This document shows, piece after piece, positions 1-10,100 of a stretch of DNA of 29,073 bases. Every line of letters starts with the position of its first letter. Positions within the stretch are counted from its first letter, which is position 1. This DNA comes from a virus. Its lineage: Duplodnaviria > Heunggongvirae > Uroviricota > Caudoviricetes. The position numbers were made by a program, and so were the translations under genes. The DNA lies in IMG/VR virus record IMGVR_UViG_2791355382_000001, positions 64,001-93,073 of that record. One strand, 5' to 3'. A model generated the notes under the pieces. That model was not told where the DNA came from. It saw nothing but the letters and a program-made list of their open reading frames with translations, and ran no database searches.

Positions 1-279
1 ACCGTTAGTCACCGTGAAGAAGGGGATTTGTTACAAGTTGATTTAGGACAGCAAGTGTTTGCTGTTACATCAAAGACTGAAGTTGCTAATGTAAGATATG
101 TTATGAACACTATTCAACGTATTAATAATGAGTTGCTTTCAGAGGTTGAAAACGACAATGATTATGACGATGAAGATAATGATGAAATGTACTCTTCTGA
201 TGCAACTGATGACAACAATCAAGATGAAAAAGAAGAAAAAGTAAAAACAGGGCTTACTCCTAGCGACTTATTTAAGTAA
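1..279 (+). CDS. 5'-truncated hypothetical protein with acidic C-terminal tail
   Basis: Frame 1 is open from base 1 (TVSHREEGD LLQVD...), so the TTG at 28 is probably internal. Ends in a D/E/N-rich tail; stop TAA at 277-279. Confidence 0.6.
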   Translation, partial: TVSHREEGDLLQVDLGQQVFAVTSKTEVANVRYVMNTIQRINNELLSEVENDNDYDDEDNDEMYSSDATDDNNQDEKEEKVKTGLTPSDLFK

Positions 280-294
280 GAAAGAAGGTTCTTT

Positions 295-1011
295 ATGACA
301 GACGAAGAAAAGAAAAGAATAGCTAAAGGAGAAAAAATGTTCAAAGAACTTTTGACAAACCAGTTCGATGAACGAATTATTGATAGACGAATTGAAATTT
401 TAAAAGAAAGTAATGATTTAGAGTATGTATTAGATTTTCTAAAGCATGAAACTAGGAATCTAACAATGCTTAGCAGAGAAGAGTTCTTAGAAAAGATAGG
501 CTCATTAAGAAATCACGGCGATAGAATTACCTATTACTTAGCATTTGCTGGATTCCCAGTCAAAGATTTAATCAACATTAAAACAAAAGATTTAAAAGGC
601 AATAAGTTTAGCTTTGATGGAAGATCTTATGTAATTCCTGAAGATATTGCTGAGTTAATCAAAGAATTGATTCCTAAAGGTCAAGAATATATGTTGGTTA
701 ACACATCAGGTGAACACTATATATTCCCAACCTTTAGAAGTCATTTAGCAATTTTAAATAAAAGAGTTGGATTCTCCTTGAAAGCAGCGTACTTTTTAGG
801 TGTATTTTCTGCGGTTAACCCTGACTCAAAGATGGTTAAGATTAACCCACAACTCAAGAAGATTGTCCTGAATAGGCCTTTAGTCCATCGTGCTGATGAA
901 ATTAACGAGCTTACTTTTAAAGCAAGAGTAAGTAGCCTAAAGAAAAAGTATAACTATTGGTATACTTACAAGCATATGCTAGACTTAGGTCTAGGCAAAA
1001 CCGAAGAATAA
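295..1011 (+). CDS. Tyrosine-recombinase-fold protein lacking the first catalytic Arg; MrpR(YopR)-like phage repressor candidate
   Basis: RBS AAGAAAGAAGG. The segment LSREEFLEKIGSLRNHGDRITYYLAFAGFPVKDLINIKTKDL follows the box I pattern (RD..i...l..tGlR.sEl..L...D) with Pro at the Arg position. There is no HxxR; FSLKAAYFLG occupies that region. Confidence 0.55.
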   Translation: MTDEEKKRIAKGEKMFKELLTNQFDERIIDRRIEILKESNDLEYVLDFLKHETRNLTMLSREEFLEKIGSLRNHGDRITYYLAFAGFPVKDLINIKTKDLKGNKFSFDGRSYVIPEDIAELIKELIPKGQEYMLVNTSGEHYIFPTFRSHLAILNKRVGFSLKAAYFLGVFSAVNPDSKMVKINPQLKKIVLNRPLVHRADEINELTFKARVSSLKKKYNYWYTYKHMLDLGLGKTEE

Positions 1012-1045
1012 AAATAGGTCAAAACCTGATCTATTTTTATTTTTT
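1010..1045 (+). terminator. Rho-independent terminator
   Basis: Stem AAAAATAGGTCA / TGATCTATTTTT (one G-U), loop AAACC, followed by a T-rich tract right after the stop codon. Confidence 0.65.
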
Positions 1046-1103
1046 CATTTTCAAATAATCGTAATTTAGATGTCTTAAATAACAGAAAGGAATGGTAAGT
1101 TCG

Positions 1104-4100
1104 ATGGTTTCCAAGAACAATTTAAAAAATAAAATGGAACAAACTGCTGCTAGAACTCCACATTATGGCATACGCAAACTAAGCGTAGGGGTAGCCTCAG
1201 TGTTGATTTCAACAACGCTTTACATGGGAGCAACTTCAGCTAAGGCTGACACTTTGCCAAGTACAGCAACGGACGCTGCCACAGCTAAGCCAGAAACAGT
1301 TAGCTCTTCGAGTTCGACTCAAGCTAATGCGACAGCTGATAATACTGCTAAAACAACAGTTCCTGCAACAGCAAGTTCTACTGATACAAGCGTTAGCACA
1401 ACTCCTAACGCACAAGCAAGCACAACAAATGCGGCAGCTGGTGCAACATCTAGCGATAAAAGTGGTGCAAATAACAATTCTTTAGTTGCAAACAACGTTG
1501 AGTCAACTGCAAATACAACAGCACAAGCTCAACCTAAGCCAAACGTTGTAACTAGCGATAAAGCAAACGTTGACAATCAAGTTGGTAGTAACGTTGAAAA
1601 CAAGGCTACAACAACTACTGATACAATTTCAACTCCAACTACTCCAAAACGTATGGTACGTAGTTTGGCTGCAGCTCCAACTACTAACAGTAAAGAATTA
1701 GTTGAAAATCAAGATTATACCGTAAGTAATGTAAGCTTAGAAGATCATAAGAAACAAGATAATTTTGATGAAGACGCAACTTTTTTGCACGCTGATATTA
1801 ATGCGAAAGATGGGGACGTAATTGCTAATAAAGAAATTACATTTAGATTTAATTCAAAAGAATTTAGAGGATTTAACAACCTAAAAAAACAAGATTTAAT
1901 ATATAACGATCAAGTTATTGGTAACATTACTGGTGTTAGTGATTGGAATAGAGTTTTTAAGGTCGCTTTCAATGATAATACTAGAGGTCTTAAAGATATT
2001 AATTTGTCATTAAAAATATATTTATCTGATAATCCTTATGATATGAGGGATTTATATACCAGCAATCAAGCAAAAAATAACGAGAAGTATACCGTTCGAC
2101 ATAACTACCAAATTGGTTCAACTAATTATTATGTTGATCGTGAAGCTACTATTCATTATGTTGCTGAAGCACAACCAACAACACAAACAACTTATCAATT
2201 TGATAAACCAATTGGTTATTATTATGCTCCTGGTACACCTAATGGTTGGGACCCACTTAGTATAACTTATTACACAACTAAAGATGGGAAGACATATTCA
2301 AAAATAGATAATATTCCTAAAAAAGAAAATAGTTATGATTTAGGGTTCGGTAAAGGTTTTATTACCCCTGATACAAAGAGTGTAACCATTAGTTTTGAGC
2401 CTAGTTCTAAGTATTACTCAAAAGACGCTAATAAATTAAAGATTTATGATAATGCTACTTTTGACGAGAAAACTGTTACACATAGAACTCAATATGATTC
2501 AAATGATTTAGTAGCAGGATTTACTGATGTATATACAACACGACCTAAAGATATTAATGAAGTTAGTAATGAACATACTTATTACGTTAAAGATTTAATT
2601 AAATTAGATGGTAATACTTTAATAGCAACTGACGCTAAGACTTATACAGGTTTTAACAATCTTTCATCAAGATGGGAAAATGGAGTTAATGGATATGTAG
2701 GCTCAAACGATGCCAATTATACTATTGTTTCAAGTGATGATTTACAAAAATTTGTTATTGATAACGCAGCTAAGATTATAGAAACAAGAGGCGAGTTCCT
2801 AACAAGTAATTCTGATTTCTCTAACCCAGGAAGAATTGTGGCTCATAATAATACCACAGGTCAAGATGTATATCTTGACATACACAATAATGTAAGAGTT
2901 TATAACAGAGATGTAACAACTCCACCAGATGGAACTATTTTAATATCAGCTGGTAAAGACATACCAACTAAAGTTTATAGTTACATGTCAACTGACATTC
3001 CAAGTAACGTTGACAAATCTAAACTAACTAAAGAAGTAACACGTACCATTAACGTACACAATCCTAATGGCACAGTTGATACAACAGTTCAAAAAGTTAC
3101 TTATCATCAAACAGTTACTGTAGCTGGTGATGAAGTTATTTATAACAATGATTGGACAACAGCTGATGATACAAATTGGAGTGAATTTGATGTTCCACAA
3201 ATAGCTAATTATAGAGCAAGTAAAGATAAAGTATATGGTCAATGGATAGGTGGAGTTAACACTCAAAATGAAACCGTAGATATTACTTATACTGCAACAC
3301 AGGTAAAAGAAACGGTTAACGGTTCATGGACTCTTAAGTATACAGATAAGATGACTGGCGAAGAAATCATGCCTGCAACTACAATTCATGCTCAATTTAC
3401 TAGAACCAATACACCAGCTACTAATACGTACGGCGATTGGACTTATGTACCTAACTCATTTAGCCAAACAGGAACTCATATTAACTTTACAGGGGATCCA
3501 CAAAAATCAGACAACTTTGATAATGGAAACTTTGATAACTTTACTTTTAATTTAGGGCTTCCAGCTGCACCTAACAGTAATTACAATCAAGCTTATGGTA
3601 ATTTTGCGGTTACCTTCCAATTAAGGAATAATAGCGATCAACCTGATGCAATGGAAAAAACTTCCAGCGTTCCTTATGATAAAGTATCAATTAAGCAAGA
3701 AAGTCAAACCAGAACTTTAACTGAACACTATGTTTATGCTGATGGGGATAAGAAGGGTCAAAAGATAGCCGATGACGCTGTAGTAGAAATCTTCTATTCA
3801 AGAGAAGTTAAGAGTATTAACGATCAAGTTGTTTCTACTTCTGAATGGAAGTTAGATACTACTAAAGGTGATAAAGCTACACCAGGTTATCATGTTGTTT
3901 CAGGAACTTGGACTAACTTGCCAACAACTTGGAGTGTAGTATCTGTATCAGCTCCTACAATTCAAGGATATACAACTGATACAAATGAAACAGAAAATAA
4001 TCCAGGACATGTTTCATCTTTACGTTGGGTATATCCAACTCAAAGTGGCGAATTAAATGATACTTTCATGCCAGGTAATAAGCATACCTATGAATATCAA

Positions 4101-7100
4101 CCAGAACATACAACTTATTATCATGCTAATGATCAATCAATTAAGATTAACTATTTAGATGATGAGAAGGGTGGAGCTACAGTTAAGTCTGATACTTTAA
4201 ATGGCAAGACAGATCAAACGGTTAAAACAGGAATTACAATTCCAGAAAACTATAGTGTAGTTGGAACTACTCCTAGTGAATATACTTTTAAAGCTAATGG
4301 TAATACTGATATTACAGTTCACTTGAAGCACGTAATTGATACGACTTCTGAAGAAAAGACAGTCACACGTACAATTAAAGTTACTGACCCAACAGGCAAA
4401 GTAACGATTATACCACAAACAACTAAAGTTACACGTACTGTAAGTACTGATAAAGTAACAAATCAAAAGACTTATGGAGATTGGACTACAAGTTCATTTG
4501 ATAGCTATGATGTACCAACAATTGAAGGTTATACTGCTAGTCAATCTAAAGTTGATGAAGCGATTGTTGATGGTAATAGCAAAGACAGTGAAGTAAACAT
4601 TAGCTATACTGCTAACGATCAAGCTATTAAAATCAACTATGTAGATAGTGACAATAACGATTCAGTGGTTAAGTCTGATACTTTGAGTGGTAAAACAGAT
4701 CAAACTGTTAAGACTGGTATTACTATTCCAGAAGGTTACACAATTGAAGAACAAGTTCCAACAGATTATACCTTTAAAGCTAGTGGTAATACTGATATTA
4801 CAGTTAAGTTGAAACATGGAACAACTACTGTAACACCAGATAATCCTAAGACAACAGCTGATAAACTTCCAGATAATCCAAGCAAAAATTATCCTAGTGG
4901 AGTAGGTCAAAATGACTTGAATAAGACTGTTACACGTACAATTAAAATAACTGACCCAACAGGCAAAGTAACTACAGAAACTCAAACAGTACATCTAACA
5001 CGTACTGCTACAGTTGACGAAGTTACAGGAGATATTACTTACGGTGATTGGACTACAGGTTCATTTGATAGTTATGATGTACCTAGTGTTGAAGGTTACA
5101 CTGCTAGTCAAGACAAAGTTGATATAGCTACCGTAACTAGCGATACTCAAAACAGTGAAGTAAATATTACTTATACTGCAAATCCACAATCAATCAAAAT
5201 CAATTATGTAGATAGTGATAACAATGATTCAGTAGTTAAATCTGATACTTTGAATGGTAAAACAGATCAAACTGTTAAAACTGGCATTACAATTCCAGAT
5301 GGTTATGTAATTGAAGGTAACGTTCCAAATGATTATACCTTTAAAGCTAGTGATAATACTGATATTACAGTTAAGCTGAAACATGGAACAACAATTGTAA
5401 CTCCAGATAAACCAAAGACTACAGGCGATAAGTTACCAGATAATCCAGCTAAGTCTTACCCAGAAGGTGTAGGTCAAAACGACTTGAATAAGACTGTTAC
5501 TCGCACAATTAAGGTAACTGACCCAACAGGCAAAGTATCAACTACAACACAAACGGTTCATTTAACACGTACTGCTACAGTTGATGAAGTTACAGGCAAG
5601 GTTAGTTACAACGATTGGTCTACAGGTTCATTTGATAGTTATGATGTACCTAGTGTTGATGGTTACACTGCTAGTCAAGATAAAGTTGATACAGATACCG
5701 TAACTAGCGATACTCAAAACAGTGAAGTAAATATTACTTATACTGCTAATGATCAAGCTATTAAAATCAACTATGTAGATAGTGATAACAATGGTTCATT
5801 AGTTAAATCTGATACTTTGAGTGGTAAAACAGATCAAACTGTTAAAACTGGCATTACAATTCCAGATGGTTATGTAATTGAAGGCAATGTTCCGACTGAC
5901 TATACCTTTAAAGCTAGTGGTAATACTGATATTACAGTTAAGTTGAAACATGGAACAACTACTGTAACACCAGATAATCCTAAGACAACAAACGACAAGT
6001 TGCCAGATAACCCAACTAAGTCTTATCCTAGTGGAGTTGCTGAAAACGACTTGAACAAAGATGTTACAAGAACAATTAAAGTAACAGACCCAACAGGCAA
6101 AGTAACTACTGAAACTCAAACAGTACATTTAACACGTACTGCCACAGTTGATGAAGTTACAGGAGATATTACTTACGGTGATTGGTCTACAGGCTCATTT
6201 GATAGTTATGATGTACCAGTTATTGAAGGCTATATAGCTACTCAATCTAAGGTTGATACAGCTACCGTAACTAGCGATACTCAAAACAGTGAAGTAAATA
6301 TTACTTATACTGCAAATCCACAATCAATCAAGATTAACTATGTTGATGATGATAAAGGTGGAACTAGTGTTAAGTCTGACGCTTTAAACGGTAAGACTGA
6401 TGAAACAGTTAAGACTGGTATTACAATTCCAGAAAATTATACTGTTGTTGACACAGCTCCTAGCGATTACACATTTAAAGCTAAGGATAATGCTGATATT
6501 ACTGTACATTTGAAGCATGTAATTGATACAACTTCTGAAGAAAAGACAATTACACGTACAATTAAAGTTACAAACCCTAACGGTGGAGTAATGACAATTC
6601 CACAAAGTGCTAAGTCAACACGTACGGTAAGTACAGATAAAGTTACAGGTGAAGTTACTTATGGTGATTGGTCTAAAGCTGACTTAGATGGTTATGACGT
6701 ACCTTTGATTGAAGGTTATACTGCTAGTCAACCAAGTGTTGCTAAAACAACTGTTGATGGAAGTAGTGAAGATAATGTAGTTGAAATTAACTACACTCCA
6801 AACAAACAAGTAATCTCCATTGATTACGTAGATAATGGAAAAGTAATCGCAACTCAAGTTCTAACAGGAAAGACAGATCAAACTGTTAAGACTAACATTC
6901 AAAGTCCAGATAAAGATAAGTATGTATTAGCTGGAAATAATCCAGAAAGCTACACATTTAAAGCTAAGGATAATGCCGACATTAAAGTTGAAGTAAAGCA
7001 CGTTATCAATGATTCAACTGAAAGCAAAGATGTTACACGTACTATTGTTGTAACAACTCCAGATGGTAAAGAAACTACTCAAATTCAAAAAGCTACTGTA

Positions 7101-10100
7101 AGTCGTACAGTGCATACAGACGCTGTGACAGGAACTAAGACTTATGATGAATGGTCTAAAGCAACTTTAGATAAATATGATGTACAAGTAGTTGATGGAT
7201 ATACACCAAGCCTAAACGTAGTTGAAAGACTAGAAGTTGATGGCGATAGTAAAGATAGCGTAGTTAAAGTTGGTTATACAGCTAATGAACAAACTGCTAA
7301 GATTGTTTATGTAGACGGAGATAATGGTAATTCAATCGTTAAATCTGATACATTAACAGGTAAGACTGATGAAACAGTTAAGACAGGGGTTAAAGCTCCA
7401 GATGGTTATGTAATTGACGGTAATGTTCCAACTGACTACACATTTAAAGCTAGTGGTAACACTGATATTACAGTTAAGCTGAAACATGGAACAACAACTG
7501 TAACTCCAGATAAGCCGAAGACAACAAGTGACAAGTTGCCAGATAATCCAAGTAAGTCTTATCCAGAGGGTGTAGCTGAAAGTGACTTGAACAAAGATGT
7601 TACAAGAACAATCAAAGTAACGGATCCTCAAGGCAAAGTAACTACAACAACACAAACAGTACATCTAACATGTACTGCAACTGTTGACGAAGTTACAGGT
7701 AAGGTTACTTATGGTGATTGGACTACAGGCTCATTTAATAGTTATGATGTACCTAGTGTTGAAGGTTATACTGCTAGTCAAGACAAAGTTGATACAGATA
7801 AAGTAACTAGTGATAGCACAAACAGTGAAGTAAACATTAGCTACACAGCTAACAACCAAACAGCTAAAGTTGTTTATGTAGATGAAGATAACGGTGGTTC
7901 TACTGTTAAGACAGACATTTTAAATGGTAAGACTGATGAAACGGTTAAAACAGGGGTTAAAATTCCAGATGGTTATGTAGTTGATGGACAAGTTCCTGCT
8001 GACTATACTTTCAAAGCTAAGGATAACGCTGATGTTACAGTCAAGTTGAAACATGGCACAACAATTGTAACTCCAGATAAGCCAAAGACAACAAATGATA
8101 AGTTGCCAGATAACCCAACTAAGTCTTATCCTAGTGGAGTTGCTGAAAACGACTTGAACAAAGATGTTACAAGAACAATTAAAGTAACAGACCCAACAGG
8201 CAAAGTAACTACTGAAACTCAAACAGTACATTTAACACGTACTGCCACAGTTGATGAAGTTACAGGCAAGGTTAGTTACGACGATTGGTCTACAGGTTCA
8301 TTTGATAGTTATGACGTACCTAGTGTTGATGGTTACACTGCTAGTCAAGTTAAGGTTGATGAAACTAAGGTAACTAGCGATAGTACGAATAATGAAGTAA
8401 ATATTACTTATACTGCGAACCCACAATCAATTAAGATTAATTATGTTGATGATGACAAGGGTGGAACTACAGTTAAGTCTGATACTTTAAATGGTAAGAC
8501 TAATGAAACAGTTAAGACAGGTATTACAATTCCAGATGGCTATGAAGTTGAAGGACAAGTTCCTGCTGACTATATGTTCAAAGCAAAAGATAACGCTGAT
8601 ATTACCGTTCATCTAAAACATGAAATTAAAACTGAGGCTGATTACAAGAATGTGTTAAGAACGATTAAGGTGACTCTACCAAATGGCAAGAGCGAAAGTT
8701 TAGTTCAAGTAGCAACATTATCAAGAGAAGTTAAAACTGATAAGGTTACAAACAATGTTAGCTATGGTTCTTGGTCTAGCGATAAGTTTACTAGTTACAA
8801 ACTACCTTCAATTGAAGGTTATACACCAAGTTTAGATGTAGTTAACGAAGCTAAAGTTGACGGAAATACTGAAGATAGTACAGTTGAAGTTAACTATACA
8901 GCTAACAAACAATCAGCTAAAGTTGTTTATGTAGATAATGGCAAAGTCGTTGCTACACAAACTTTAGCTGGTAAGACAGACCAAACTGTTAAAACTAATA
9001 TTCAAAGTCCAGATAAAGATAAGTATGTAGTGGTAGGAAATAATCCAGAAAACTACACATTCAAAGCTAAGAATAACGAAGATATTAGAGTTGAAGTAAA
9101 ACATGTAGTTAATACTTTCAAAGATTACAAGAACGTTATCAGAAGCATTGAAGTAACTTACCCTAATGGTAAAACTGAGAAATTAGATCAAGTTGCAACC
9201 TTAGAAAGAACAGTACACAAAGATGCTGTTACAGGCGAAGAAACTTACTCAGATTGGTCTACTGAAAACTGGGATAGCTTTACAGCACCAGCCATTAATG
9301 GATATACAGCTGATAAAGACGTTAAGGAAACAGTTGTCACAGGAAATACAACTGAAACTACGGTAAACATCGCTTATATACCTAACGGACAATCAATTAA
9401 CGTTGTATATGTTGATGACGACAGGGAAAAAGCTACAGTTGACTCCTATATATTAGCTGGTAAGACTGATGAAACTGTTAAGACAGGCATTAAAATTCCA
9501 GATGGTTATACAGTTGAAGGTAGTGTTCCTGATAGCTATACATTTAAGGCTGATGGAAATTCTGATATTACAATTCACTTGAAACATAATACAGTTACTG
9601 TAATTCCAGAAAAGCCTAAGACAACTGAAGATAAATTACCAAATAACCCAAGCAAGTCTTATCCTAAGGGTGTGGCCGAAAATGACCTAAACAAGACTGT
9701 TGTAAGAACAATCAAGGTAACAACTCCAGATGGCAAAACAACTACAACTAAACAAACAGTTAAGTTAAATAGAGTTGCTGTTGTTGATGAAGTTACAGGT
9801 CAAGTAACTTATAGCAAGTGGTCGATTGGTGAATTAGATCGTTATGATGTACCTTCAATCGAAGGCTATACACCAAGTCAAGACAGGGTAAACATGGAAG
9901 TGGCTACTAGCGAAACTAAGGATAGTGTAGTCGAAATTAGTTACACACCTAACGGACAATCAATTAACATTACTTATGTTGATGATGACAAGGGTAAAAC
10001 TACAGTTGATTCCTATATACTAGCTGGCAAAACTGATGAAACTGTTAAGACAGGTATTAAAATTCCAGATGGCTATGAAGTTGAAGGACAAGTTCCAACT

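Noticed and set aside
7669-7675. Arg-to-Cys change in adhesin repeat 7 (HLTCTAT versus HLTRTAT)
   Set aside because: A single C-to-T transition; could be drift or a sequencing error; no partner cysteine noticed.
3024-8231. Minus-strand ORFs inside the adhesin (3024, 4197, 4662, 5799, 6384, 7353, 7920)
   Set aside because: C/F/S-rich antisense shadows that recur with the adhesin repeats; no RBS; explained by the codon bias of the + strand gene.
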